Positions 1 to 10,291 of a stretch of 64,000 nucleotides of DNA are shown in pieces (the first letter of the stretch is position 1; each line of letters opens with the position of its first letter). The notes beneath the pieces are model-generated. The model ran no database searches, had not been told where the DNA came from, and was given only the letters and a program-made list of their open reading frames with translations. The stretch spans positions 23,606 through 87,605 of the forward strand of contig CAXTVK010000002.1 in assembly GCA_964247655.1 (NCBI GenBank), written 5' to 3'. Source of the DNA: an uncultured Sphingomonadaceae bacterium (lineage in GTDB: Bacteria; Pseudomonadota; Alphaproteobacteria; Sphingomonadales; Sphingomonadaceae). A program made the position numbers and the translations under genes.

Positions 1-150
1 CGATCTGCTTCCGGCCTGGGCGCAGCGCATGCACGGGCTGTACTCCCCTGCCATCCGCGTGCCCCTGATCCGTACGGGCACCTTCGGTCTCGCGGGTACG
101 CTGCGCTGGGCGTTCGGCTGACCATGCGCGCATCGCTCGCACGCGGTCCG

Positions 151-1613
151 TCAGGCCTCGGCGACGACCCGCATCGTTCGCTCGGCCGGATCGGTCGGAT
201 CGAGCATGAATGCACCGCGTCGCGATGGGCGACGAGCCATGCGACATGCTGTTCGGATATGCGCTGCCCGGGCACGAGCCGCGGGACGCCGGGCGGGGCG
301 GGCGCGATGGTCTCGGCGGCGATACGGCCAGTGGCTGCCTCGTACCGCACCTGCTCGACCGCGCCGAACAGCGCGTCGGCACCGCTCATCGCCATCTCGA
401 CGTCAAGACCGGCGATGCCAGGCAGCGGCCCTACGGATGGAAGGATCGTACGATCGGCCTCGATCTGTCTCGCCAAATCTTCGAGCCCCCGAACGAGTTT
501 GCGGACATCGGCACGGCTCGATCCGAGCGACAGGATGATAAGTAGATGGCGCCCATCGGCAAGACCGACGCCGACGCGGTGATGCTTGTAGAGCCAGTCG
601 TCGACCGCGTAGCCGCTCACCCCCCAAGCCGAGATGTCGATCAGCACCTTGCTGGCGTCGAGATCCATGTCCGCCGGCAGGTCCGTGCGGTCGAAGACGC
701 GAAGCCCGTCGATCCGCGCGAGCTGAGCCCGCAGCGATGCGGCAAGGTCAAGCACGCGGTCCCATAACGCTGCACCACCGGTCGCATGATCGCGCCGGGT
801 CGCGTCGAGCGTCGCGAGGATCGGGACCGACGGGCTCGTCGTCTCGAACATCTCGTAGGCCTGCCAGAGGCGCTGCCGGTCGAGCATATCACCGCGCGCG
901 AGGATCGCCGAGCCTTGGGCGAGCGCGCCCATTGTCTTGTGCAGGCTGTAGACCGCGGCATCCGCGCCGAGCGCGAGCGCATCGGCCGGCAGGCGCGACG
1001 AAAAGGCAAACGCGCCGCCCCACGCGGCGTCGACGAGCAACGGAACGCCGTGCGCATGCGCGACCGCTGCGATACCGGTGATATCGAGTGTCACGCCGTA
1101 ATAGCTCGGGCTGACGACGAGCACGGCCTTGGCTGCCGGATGCGCCGTTATTGCCGCCTCGACGGTCGCAGGCGTCGGGCCGTGTTCGATGTCCCACTCT
1201 TCGTCGACAGCTGCCGGAAGCGCGACAAGATCGAGCCCGGCGGCCAGCGCGTAATTGCGCTCCGCCTTGTGCGCATTGGCGGCTACGAGGATTCTGTCGC
1301 CCGGCCGTGCGACAGCCGCCATTATCGTATGCAGGCTCTGCGTCGATCCGCCGGTCGCGAAGCGGCAGAAATCGGCATCCCAAGCTTCGGCCGCGATCTC
1401 GTGCGCGCGTTGTAGCGCCAGCAAACCTTCGGTGCGGTCGTCGAGGCCTTTGGGGGTGAGCACGTCAGCCTGGAACACCCGCTTGCCGAGCAGGCGTCGC
1501 ATGTTCCCCGGTATCGCCTTTCCGGCGCTGTGCCCCGGCGCGCCGAAGCCGGTCACCGGGCGACGCTCGGCCATCGTGAGCGCGTCGACCAGCGGCGCCT
1601 GGTTCTGGTCCAT
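151..1613 (-). CDS. PLP-dependent Orn/Lys/Arg decarboxylase (fold type I) with a 1-nt frameshift near the 3' end
   Basis: Absent from the ORF track because the frame has no stop in the window. Manual translation from the ATG at 1613: MDQNQAPLVDAL..FGAPGH..GGSTQSLH..NAHK..SPSYYG..VDAAWG..VYSLHKTMGALAQGS (PLP Lys)..ETTSPS..PAPPGVP..PGQRI. The family-typical C-terminus (AFMLDPTDPAERTMRVVAEA*) is in another frame after ~213, stop at 151-153. Confidence 0.85.
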
Positions 1614-2530
1614 CACCGCCGGCGGGCGAGCGGCAGCGTCAGGCAATGGACGCCGCCGCCGCAACTGGTGAACTGGTCAAGCTCGAGTTCGGTGACGCGG
1701 TAGCCCTCTGCAGGCAGCGTCGTCGCCAGCGCCGCGCCTCGGGCGGCCAAGATGCGCCGGCTGCCGAGAGACAGCACGTTGCATCCCAGCCGGCGCGCCG
1801 CCTTGTAGGATACCGGGAGCAGATCGATGCCCTCATCTGCCAGTGTCGCCAGGAAAACATCGTCGAGTACATCGACGCAGGCCAGTGCCTGATCCGCCGA
1901 GAGCGCCGAGAGTTGCGTGTCGAGATGGAGGAAATGCGCGTCGAAGCGATAGACGATCGTGCGCCAGCCGTGCCGCTCGAACAGACCGGCGACCTCGCGC
2001 GCCCCACCCTCGTCGGTGCGCTCGCCCGAGCAGCCGATTAGCACCAGGCCGTCACGGAAGATCGAGATGTCGCCACCCTCGATCGTGCCGCCGGTAACTT
2101 GCGGGAGCACGGGAATGCCGAGCGATCGGACATGATCCGCCAGCACGCGCGCCTCCCGTCGACGATGGGCAGCACCCGGCGCCAGCGGCAGATAGCCCCA
2201 CGGCGTCATCACGCCCGCGTCGCGCGCATAGACCATGTCGGGCAGGTCGGGCGATCCCGCAACCGTCTGCACGCGTACGTCGGCCAGGCGCAATGCCTCG
2301 ACCAGAGCGCCATGCTGGGCACTTGCCACCATCCGGTCGGTGCGATGTCCGTCACGCAGCTTCTCGCGCGTAACCGAACAACATGGCACCGGGGCCAGAT
2401 GATCGGGCGAGACGACGAGCACGTCGGCCAGCCGGTCGCTTTCGGAGGACAGACCCCAGGACGGCGAACGTGCGCTCGGGCGCGCGCCGCCGCTTGCGGC
2501 GACCGCGCCGCTTGCGAAATCGAGCTTCAT
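1613..2530 (-). CDS. Amidinotransferase/dimethylarginine dimethylaminohydrolase (pentein) family protein
   Basis: Motifs YARDAG, IEGGD, FLHLDT, GGGVHCLT (Cys-His-Asp catalytic set); its TGA overlaps the decarboxylase ATG. Confidence 0.88.
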   Translation of the reverse strand: MKLDFASGAVAASGGARPSARSPSWGLSSESDRLADVLVVSPDHLAPVPCCSVTREKLRDGHRTDRMVASAQHGALVEALRLADVRVQTVAGSPDLPDMVYARDAGVMTPWGYLPLAPGAAHRRREARVLADHVRSLGIPVLPQVTGGTIEGGDISIFRDGLVLIGCSGERTDEGGAREVAGLFERHGWRTIVYRFDAHFLHLDTQLSALSADQALACVDVLDDVFLATLADEGIDLLPVSYKAARRLGCNVLSLGSRRILAARGAALATTLPAEGYRVTELELDQFTSCGGGVHCLTLPLARRR

Positions 2531-2667
2531 CGATCGAGCTTTGAAGACGGTATCGAGGGCGAGGCGCGGTCCTCGTCGGACGGGGGGAGGATCGATCGGT
2601 CCGATCGCATCCGGGCGTCAAAAAAGGCTGACGCCGGCGTGCCGGCTGTCGGATACTGTGCGACCAT
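2527..2667 (-). CDS. Candidate 46-aa leader/upstream peptide (MVAQYPTAGTPASAFFDARMRSDRSILPPSDEDRASPSIPSSKLDR)
   Basis: Strong RBS (AGGAGAAGG) just upstream; stop overlaps the pentein start (ATGA); below the ORF-track length cutoff. Confidence 0.4.
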   Translation of the reverse strand: MVAQYPTAGTPASAFFDARMRSDRSILPPSDEDRASPSIPSSKLDR

Positions 2668-2831
2668 CTCGACCTTCTCCTGTTGCGGATCAAACCCCCG
2701 ATCGCGCCTTTTGGTTGCCGAGACCGGCCAGAAATGCCGGTATAGCCGATTGAGATCAGGACGATTTTAGACGAAACCGGACGCGACCATGTCAGCATCG
2801 GCGCGGCCGGAAGTTGAAAGGGATGGAAGGC

Positions 2832-3551
2832 ATGACGACCAGCGAGACCTGGAATTATCGCGATGGTGATGTCGCGTTGCGTGGCGAACTCTACCGGCCC
2901 ATCGGCAATTCCAACGGCCGCGCGGTGTTGGTCGTGCACGAGGCCGACGGGATCGGCGGCAATGTTCGCCGCCAATGCGCGATGCTCGCCGACCAAGGCT
3001 ATCTGGCCGCCGCGGCCGACCTGCACGGCGATGGCCGCGTGCTCGAAGGCGACGAGGTGATGTCGGCGATAGAGGCGTTTCGCGCCGATCCGATGCTGTT
3101 GCGCGGTCGCATCCGTGCCGGCTTCGACGCGATGTGCGCGATACCCGACGTCGCGCCTGAGCACAGCGCGGCGATCGGCTATTGCTTCGGCGGCGCCGCC
3201 GTCCTCGAGCTTGCACGCAGCGGCGCGCCGGTCGCCGCGGTCGCAAGCTTCCACGGTCTGCTCGCCACCGCGCTTCCGGCCGGCGAGGGCGAGATAGCGG
3301 CGCGCATCCTCGCCTGCACAGGCGCGCGCGATCCACTGGTGCCGCCGGGCGATGTCGCGACCTTTCAGCATGAGATGACGAACGCGAATGCCGACTGGCA
3401 GATGCTCGTCTTCGGCCGCGCGCTCCACAGCTTCACCAACAATCATGTGGACGCGCGCGGTGATCCGCGCATGGCTTATGACCGGATAGCGGATGTCCGA
3501 TCATGGGATGTCCTGCTGCAATTTCTGACTGACAGCTTCGTTCGGCCCTGA
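2832..3551 (+). CDS. Dienelactone hydrolase family protein
   Basis: VVHEADG, GYCFGG nucleophile elbow, DPLVP, HSFTN motifs. Start uncertain (2814/2823/2832). Confidence 0.9.
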   Translation: MTTSETWNYRDGDVALRGELYRPIGNSNGRAVLVVHEADGIGGNVRRQCAMLADQGYLAAAADLHGDGRVLEGDEVMSAIEAFRADPMLLRGRIRAGFDAMCAIPDVAPEHSAAIGYCFGGAAVLELARSGAPVAAVASFHGLLATALPAGEGEIAARILACTGARDPLVPPGDVATFQHEMTNANADWQMLVFGRALHSFTNNHVDARGDPRMAYDRIADVRSWDVLLQFLTDSFVRP

Positions 3552-3795
3552 AGGTCCAAGGCCGTCCGATCGAAGTTAATGGACGTCCGCTTTCGGAGAG
3601 CCGGGCCGAAGTGCTGAGCGTCCGCGAATATGTCGTTGGGGACCGGGCCGCAACGTCGGCGTGGGCGGATTGGTCGAACTATGGCTACAAACCGGTAATT
3701 GTCCGAGCCGTAGCCTGCACATCATTGTCCAGGCTCGAGCTGGGCATCGATGCCGAGGCGAACTTCCGACGATCCTGCAGCGCCAGGAAGGCTAG

Positions 3796-3990
3796 TTACA
3801 GCCAGCGCCCCCGCAGGGCGGCGTAAAGGCCCCAGGGGACACCGATGATTAGGCCGAACGCGATCCGACTGAGCCCAAATGGCGCTGCCCAGCCGCACGC
3901 TGCGATGGCTTGCGCGATCAGCGGCGCGATGAAGCCGATGCCGAAAATCAGCGGCATCCAGCGGAACAGATATTGAATGGCGGACTGCAT
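3796..3990 (-). CDS. Small two-TM membrane protein
   Basis: 64 aa, two hydrophobic segments, translationally coupled to the upstream desaturase. Confidence 0.65.
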   Translation of the reverse strand: MQSAIQYLFRWMPLIFGIGFIAPLIAQAIAACGWAAPFGLSRIAFGLIIGVPWGLYAALRGRWL

Positions 3991-4967
3991 CAGCCGGCCA
4001 GCGATGTGTTAGCCGGGCGACGGTCCTTGTTGAGCGGGAGCGGCGCTACATCCACTCCTCGTGCCGCCAGAATGTGACGCATCGCAAAATAGGCAGGCTT
4101 GGTGCGATGGTTCGGTATACCTGGATAGAGATGATGGACCACATGATACTGCATTCCCATCGACATTACATGGCCGAGACGGCTTTTAAATACGTTGGTG
4201 TTTTCATACCGGCCTTGGCGTCCCTCGCGCGGATGATGCGGCGCCCAACTTAGGTAGAAGCGGATGTAGCTGAGTCCGATATGGCGAGGCAGCCACCATA
4301 GCGCCGCGATCTCGACCGCATGGCCTGTCCACGCCATCGTGAACAGGACGGACATGAAGGCGAGCTGTAGCGCCACGGTATGATTGAGCGCGCGTTTGGC
4401 CTCCGCAGTGCCCATGCCGGCCAATATGCGCTTGTAGTGGTGTATCGAACCATCGACGCCGGGTTGACGATTATACCAGGTCTTCCAGACCGCCATTAGC
4501 GCGTTCGGCGCTTCATCGGTGTAGTCGGGGTCCTTCTCGGGGTCGTTGCAATGGTAATGATGTTCAAGATGCATAAGCCGCGCCATCGAGAACGGAAATA
4601 CGATCGGAATAGTCGAGACCTGGCCAACCAGTTCGTTCAGCCAGCGCAGTCTTTCCCCCCGCCTGGCGATGTTCGAATGCATAGCCTCATGCGCGGTGAC
4701 ATAACCGCCGGTGGCAAAAGCGCTGGAGACCAGGCAAGCTAGCGGCAAGTTGACCAAGTTGAGAATCGCTAGTGGGAAGAGACCTACCCAGATTGCGAAA
4801 CAACCCAGAGCCGCGAGCGAATAAGGCCACATCGGCCCACCGTGAAAGCGACGGGCAATCGCCATTTCTTGCTGGCGCAAGTTGCGCCGGGTTTGCCGAT
4901 CCAACCCATCGCGGGATGGATCCGATGCGAGCGACGATGCAGGCCGATCGGGCGCGGAGATGTCCAA
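3990..4967 (-). CDS. Membrane fatty-acid desaturase / carotenoid hydroxylase (CrtR-like) family
   Basis: Three His boxes (HEAMH, HLEHH, HVVHH) plus TM segments. Confidence 0.85.
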   Translation of the reverse strand: MDISAPDRPASSLASDPSRDGLDRQTRRNLRQQEMAIARRFHGGPMWPYSLAALGCFAIWVGLFPLAILNLVNLPLACLVSSAFATGGYVTAHEAMHSNIARRGERLRWLNELVGQVSTIPIVFPFSMARLMHLEHHYHCNDPEKDPDYTDEAPNALMAVWKTWYNRQPGVDGSIHHYKRILAGMGTAEAKRALNHTVALQLAFMSVLFTMAWTGHAVEIAALWWLPRHIGLSYIRFYLSWAPHHPREGRQGRYENTNVFKSRLGHVMSMGMQYHVVHHLYPGIPNHRTKPAYFAMRHILAARGVDVAPLPLNKDRRPANTSLAG

Positions 4968-5218
4968 CGAACCACCTTACTCGTTATTGGCACGCTTGTG
5001 GCTTACCATATGACAGCCACGCCTCGCTTTGTGAACCGCCTCGAGCGTTCAAGCGAACAACCAAATATGGTCGTTTCGGGAAATTCTTAGCCTGACTACC
5101 TACCAGAAGCCTGCAGCGCTCGAGATGACGAGCGGCCGGTTTGAAGATTCCTTATAGTGCGTTTGAACGTCGCCTGTTGGATCAGCGCCGCCGCAAAGCT
5201 GACGGCAGGAACCGACCG

Positions 5219-5460
5219 AGGCTGCGTAAAAACGCGAGGATATGCTAAGGTTTTCTCTGATTTCGGGGGGCTCTGGGATGGGTCGTTTCGTTTAACGGGA
5301 AGACCGCCGGCAGGATTTTGCCGCCTGCCTCGCTTGATGATTACGTGTCGGCGAACAATCCGGTCCGGATGGTCGAGACCTTTATCGACGAGCTCGATTT
5401 CCACGCCTTGGGTTTTGCCGGAGCGACGCCCGCAGAGACCGGGCGCCTGGGCGAACATCT
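5219..5460 (+). pseudogene. IS1182-family transposase 5' remnant with left end
   Basis: GGCTGCGTAAAAAC-type end, then MGRFV*REDRRQDF/PASLDDYVSANNPVRMVETFIDELDFHALGF..ETGR with a stop, a frameshift and truncation. Confidence 0.75.
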
Positions 5461-5762
5461 CGGATGCTTCCGAAGCGTTCGGCCGTCGACGAGTAGGCCA
5501 AGCGCCGTTTGACGGTCCGAGGGCTGCGCCATATTGATTACAACATCGTCGATCTGTGCTGAAGCTCTGGATGGTTGGAGCGAGGGGTCTGAATATAGTC
5601 ACAGGCCCACCGCAGGCGTTCGACGGTCGATCCCGTTTGAGGAACGTTTACGGTCCGTAATTATCCTGCGGGACGATATCTTTCAGCGCAGGGATATCGG
5701 GTGTTCTGACGGCGAGACCTTCACCATGTTGGCCGCCGAAACGGTATCGAAAGGCAGATGGT

Positions 5763-6884
5763 TTGAAAAAACGCGAGGGATTCAGCGACATAGGGCTTCG
5801 CTATCTCAACGTGGAGGTCGAACGGACAATAACTGCCGGGGGAATCCCGTCCGGGAGTATGTCGGATTTCACGACTGAAAACGCGCAATGCAAAGTTCAC
5901 GCTCAATGCGTCAGGACCAATCTCCGCCTCCCCGGATCTTTGCGGGTGGACGTCGTTCACTGTGGCTGCGACCACTGGTTGCAACCGGTCGCCGCACCGC
6001 CTGCGGACATTGCCGAGATGGCGCGGGGCTTGGCGGAGGAGATCTTATGGTATTGGCATGAACGCGAACGCGCGGTGGAGATGATGCGGGAGGTGCGCGG
6101 AGCGTTCGAGCGAGAGATCAATAGGGGAACCGATGAGGGATTGGACTGGAGCCTCGGGCGTATGGAGCTTGCGCGCTTCGAGACCTTCCGAGGCCGATTT
6201 AAGAGGGCGCAGGTGGCTTTCGATCTCATGCATTCCAACTTGGGGCCGTATGCGATGGACTGGCCCTTCGAAACGCCCGCCGCTGTATCAAAATACTTCC
6301 GTTCGGCGCGTCCGCATCAGCGCGCCTTGGCAGCTCGCAGGGACCAGCTGGCCTCGGTTGGCGCCACAGGGGCCATCGACAGGGTGGCGGTTGCCGCGAT
6401 CAGCCAGGCCAGGCTGGATCCTCTTGGAGTCATCGCGTTGGCGACCAGGTCTACGGACCGGCTCACCCTCAAACTAGGTTGGACCGAGCTCAGTCTGCGT
6501 TGGCGCATGGGCACTATCGAAGGAACACTGGATCTCGCACCAGGGATCGAGTGGGAGTTCGGCCGGATCCGCTTTGCCCCGGACTGTGCGCCTGCGGAGG
6601 ACATGCTGACGCATCGCAAGCCGATCGGGATGTTTCTGGCATCGCCCTTCGTCAATGGCGACTTGACCGTGAGCGGCGGAGCGAAAGATTCCAAGGGTTG
6701 CACCACGTTGTTAATCAAACCCGAGCTCGACTTTTTCAATATCATCGACGGGGCGGCGACGTGGGTCGACGTGCACGTCTCGGAACACGGCTCGCTTACG
6801 GTCGCCGACGACGGGGATTTGCAATATGACCTCGAACTTCCGTCGATGGTCGGTCGCGAGGCGAAGAAGAAGGTGAGGCGGTGA
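5763..6884 (+). CDS. Hypothetical protein
   Basis: Long ORF with protein-like composition; start uncertain (possibly ATG ~5859); no family recognised. Confidence 0.6.
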   Translation: MKKREGFSDIGLRYLNVEVERTITAGGIPSGSMSDFTTENAQCKVHAQCVRTNLRLPGSLRVDVVHCGCDHWLQPVAAPPADIAEMARGLAEEILWYWHERERAVEMMREVRGAFEREINRGTDEGLDWSLGRMELARFETFRGRFKRAQVAFDLMHSNLGPYAMDWPFETPAAVSKYFRSARPHQRALAARRDQLASVGATGAIDRVAVAAISQARLDPLGVIALATRSTDRLTLKLGWTELSLRWRMGTIEGTLDLAPGIEWEFGRIRFAPDCAPAEDMLTHRKPIGMFLASPFVNGDLTVSGGAKDSKGCTTLLIKPELDFFNIIDGAATWVDVHVSEHGSLTVADDGDLQYDLELPSMVGREAKKKVRR

Positions 6885-7167
6885 CACTCGACTTGCCATC
6901 GTGCGGAGCAGCGCGCGTCCGACCTCGCCGGTGCGGCGCGCGGTTTGGAAAAGCACGCTTTCCTTGCCACCGCTAGCAAGAAGCCCGGGGTAAAACACTG
7001 GCTTGCCCATCGTGTAGGTCGCGTCACTCCCGCCAAGCACGATGTTTTGAATCCGGTGACGCGCCGGGTTTCCGACGCGCGAAGCGCCGGACGTCGTCGG
7101 CGGGCGCCTCACCAGGCACTTCACCGGCTGATCACCGGAACGACATCAAAATCACGGGAGAGACAAA

Positions 7168-7302
7168 ATGCCATCACGCCGACTGATCGCCGCCGGCGCG
7201 GCGCTTGCCGCCATGCTGAGGTCGGGGACCGCGCTCGCAGCACCCACCGGGCCGTTCAAGCAGGTCGCGCAGTTCGATCATCAGGAGACCGAAACGGTCT
7301 AG
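7168..7302 (+). pseudogene. Truncated secreted protein (possibly a major royal jelly/SMP-30-like N-terminus)
   Basis: RBS GGGAGAG, signal-peptide-like MPSRRLIAAGAALAAMLRSGTALAAP, then KQVAQFDHQ and an early stop. Confidence 0.3.
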
Positions 7303-7473
7303 AAGCGCGAGCATCACGCAGTGCGCGCGAGCCACGCCGCACCGGCGTCAGCCTTCAGCCTTCAACACCGATAGACGTCGGCATCCCGCTTTGGTGGACT
7401 GGTATTGCAGCTACACCGCGCGCTGAGGTCGAATAGCGTCACCGCGAAATGCGTATGCACCGTGGACAAATTA

Positions 7474-8638
7474 TACCAAATCTTGCGGGGCCTGACTCAC
7501 GTTGGGGATTCACAAGGCGGGTGCGATCTGATTCAACGTCGCGAGCTGGAGGAGGCTCGCGATGGCAGCACCAATCGAGTTGCGTTCGGATTTCGACGGA
7601 GACGGGCTTCGGCTCATCGCGCGGGCGAGCAAAGACGGTCGGCAGGTCCGGCGGCTTCTTGTGTTGGCCGCGATCTATGATGGCGGGAGCAGGAGCGAAG
7701 CGGCCCGCCTTGGCGGCGTAGGCCTCCAGATCGTGCGTGACTGGGTTGTACGGTTCAACGAGCGCGGTCCAGATGCCCTTATCGATGGCAAGGCGCCGGG
7801 TCCCGAGCCGTTGTTGAGCGATGAACAGCGGCTCGCGCTCTTACGCATCGTCGAGGCCGGACCGATCCCTGCCTCGCATGGTGTGGTGCGCTGGCGGCTG
7901 ATCGACCTGGCACAGTGGGTGTGGGACGAGTTCGGCGTCTCGGTCAGCAAGCAGACCCTCAGCCGCGAGCTTCGCGACGCTGGCTACCGCAAGCTGTCGG
8001 CACGGCCGCGTCACCATGCTCAGGATGATGACGCGATACCCGCTTTTAAAAAGCCTTCCCCGCCCAGTTGGCAGCAATCCGCGCATCGCTCCCACGCGGC
8101 ACGCCCGTAGAAATTTGGTGGCAGGATGAGGCCCGGATTGGCCAGAAAAACGGCATTACCCGTCGCTGGGCCAGGCGCGGCACGCGGCCGTCAGCGCCCA
8201 AAGATCAGCGGACGAAATCAGCCTACATCTATGGCGCGATCTGCCCGGCTGAGGGCAAGGCGGCCGGGCTCGTTCTGCCTCGCTGCAACACCGAGGGCAT
8301 GACGCTTCACCTCGCCGAGATCGCGGCTACCGTGGCGCCCGGTGCGCATGCCGTGCTGCTGCTCGACCAGGCCGGATGGCATGGCTCTAAAGCGCTCGTC
8401 GTGCCGCCCAACATCACGCTGCTACCGCTGCCCTCGAAATGCCCAGAGCTTAATCCAGTCGAAAACGTCTGGCAGTTCATGCGCGACAACTGGCTCTCGA
8501 ACCGGATCTTCCGATCCTACGACGACATCCTCGACCATTGCTGCTTCGCCTGGAACCGCCTCGTCGATCAACCTTGGCGCATCATGTCCATCGGCACACG
8601 CAAATGGGCACATGCGTCTTAATCAGCGGGATCTGGTA
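7474..8638 (+). mobile_element. IS630-family insertion sequence, apparently intact
   Basis: Terminal IRs TACCAAATC / (reverse complement) TACCAGATC, flanked by duplicated TA (7472-73, 8639-40); two overlapping transposase ORFs. Confidence 0.93.
7562..8622 (+). CDS. IS630 transposase (orfA 7562-8110 HTH + orfB 8068-8622 DDE, joined by -1 recoding)
   Basis: orfB motifs WQDEARIG, LLDQAGWH, PELNPVENVW; slippery TTTTAAAAAG at 8044-8053 in the overlap. Confidence 0.92.
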
Positions 8639-9242
8639 TAACGCGCCGGAGTCGGCGACCGTTACGACGCCGTTACGAGATTTCGGGGCGGCGGACGGGG
8701 CGGGATCCGCGGCATTGGCGACTCTGGCGAACGATAGTGTCCTCAAACCGCTCGCGGACGTCGGGCGGCCGCGTGTTCAGTCATCAAGGGCGCTTATCTA
8801 TTGCGGTCCGTCGCTCCAAAATCGGATAACGGTCCGCAAGGTGAAGGATTCATACAGCCTTTTCAGCGTGTTGCGAACCGTCGAGGAGCTGCGTGCATTC
8901 CCGACATCACGCGCCACGCCGCCGAATCCAGCCCCATTTCTGCTCTTGTGCCATATCTAACGGCTGACCATCCCGGTAGCCGCGCCGACGATCTAATACT
9001 GGGGCATCGCTAATCCTTCATCAGTGTCCGTTCTGACAGATCGATCGTTCCTGTCGCTGTATGATTAACGCATTTGGCGCGAGGCTGTGAAATAGCAAAC
9101 ATGGGGCGTCCGCACGCCTACCACTGACAAGCAAGCCCAAATCTCCGACGCGCGCATTTTGTCGTTCCGGGGTCGGGCGGGAAACGACTTATTTACGCAC
9201 TTTGTCTGATAAGCGAGGTGTCCACTTCCGAAGGATAGTCCA

Positions 9243-9473
9243 TTGGCGCAGACGAAGATCTATCTTGATAGCGGCGGCAGAGCGGCTATTCCCAAAAAAA
9301 TCCGCGACATGTTGGGAGCCGACGACAGGAGCGCCTTCAAGGTCAGCATTGAGCAGGGGTGTATCGTGCTCATGCCGGTCGCGCTTTTGATTTCGAACGC
9401 TCGCCAGTCGGCGCTTGAGCGGCTCGCGCAGAACGGCGCTGTGAAGGGAGCATCCGGCGATGCCGAAGAGTAA
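9243..9473 (+). CDS. AbrB/MazE/SpoVT-family (VapB-like) antitoxin
   Basis: LDSGGRAAIPKKIRDMLG..GCIVLMP swapped-hairpin signature; overlaps the downstream PIN gene. Confidence 0.75.
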   Translation: MAQTKIYLDSGGRAAIPKKIRDMLGADDRSAFKVSIEQGCIVLMPVALLISNARQSALERLAQNGAVKGASGDAEE

Positions 9474-9882
9474 ATCGCATGGAGGCGACGACTACGTGTT
9501 CTGCGCAGAAGCAATAGTTGCGCTGCTGACATCGGAACCGCCCGATGAGATATTGGCGCGACATGCCGAACGAGGCCAAGTGCCCGCACCGGCCTATTTC
9601 GAAGCTTGCCTTCAGCTTGCGGATGCTATCGGATCACTCGAGGAGGCGATCTTGCTGATCGACATGACCGAGATCGAGGTCGTTCCGATTGACAGGGACC
9701 TGACGGGTCGTTGTCTTCGGCTCGATCATGCGGGAAAACTCACTCTCGGCGGCCGCGCCTGTGTTGCTCTTGGCGATGCGCGGGGTCTTCGCCTGATCGC
9801 TCCGGAGAGTTGGCGTATGGTGGTCGCACCCGACCGCTGCCATTTTTTTGCCGACCATCAGCTATCCGCGGATCGACGTTGA
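9460..9882 (+). CDS. PIN-domain (VapC-like) protein with a degenerate active site
   Basis: Aligns to VapC pattern (VLDASA..EP..E..EIVPFD..LSLGDRACLALA..TAD..W) as VFCAEA..EP..YFE..EVVPID..LTLGGRACVALG..APESW. Confidence 0.72.
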   Translation: MPKSKSHGGDDYVFCAEAIVALLTSEPPDEILARHAERGQVPAPAYFEACLQLADAIGSLEEAILLIDMTEIEVVPIDRDLTGRCLRLDHAGKLTLGGRACVALGDARGLRLIAPESWRMVVAPDRCHFFADHQLSADRR

Positions 9883-10291
9883 ACGACGGCAGACTTTGAT
9901 CGGCCTGGACCATGCCGCACGGTGGATCTTTCAAAAAAAGGTCGAGCCGGATCTTCGCTTTCGCCGCGTTGGCGGCTGAGCTGTTGTTTCGGTTGCCGCC
10001 GGTCCAAGGGACAGCAACGGCGCAAGCTCCACGGTGGTAGTTGCGATCCGCTTGCTTCGAGCGGTTGATGTAGCCCAAAGTTCGACCTCAAGAGACGCTC
10101 GGCCACGCTATACCGAGCCCGACTAAGAGGCCGGCTGAAATGGTATCTACCTGTAATTGGGTTCCAAGCCTTCCCAACTCATCTGCGCGCTATGTGATGC
10201 GATACACCGGTTATTGCATTATCATCGCAGCGACGCTGCCGTTCACGTCGCTCCCATAGGTCTCCGGTAACGTGAGAATGACGCGCGACAT

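Noticed and set aside
124-1671. Several + strand ORFs (210-545, 546-767, 786-1415 etc.)
   Set aside because: Antisense shadows of the minus-strand decarboxylase; Arg/Ala/Pro-rich and motif-less.
8660-8678. CGTTACGA direct repeat as a possible island end
   Set aside because: Only two short copies; no matching end found elsewhere by eye.
8785-8797. CAAGGGCGCTTAT resembling a MOBQ oriT nic site (also AGTGCGCCC at 37422-37430)
   Set aside because: Only partial matches to TAAGTGCGCCCT, no supporting inverted repeat seen, and expected by chance in GC-rich DNA.
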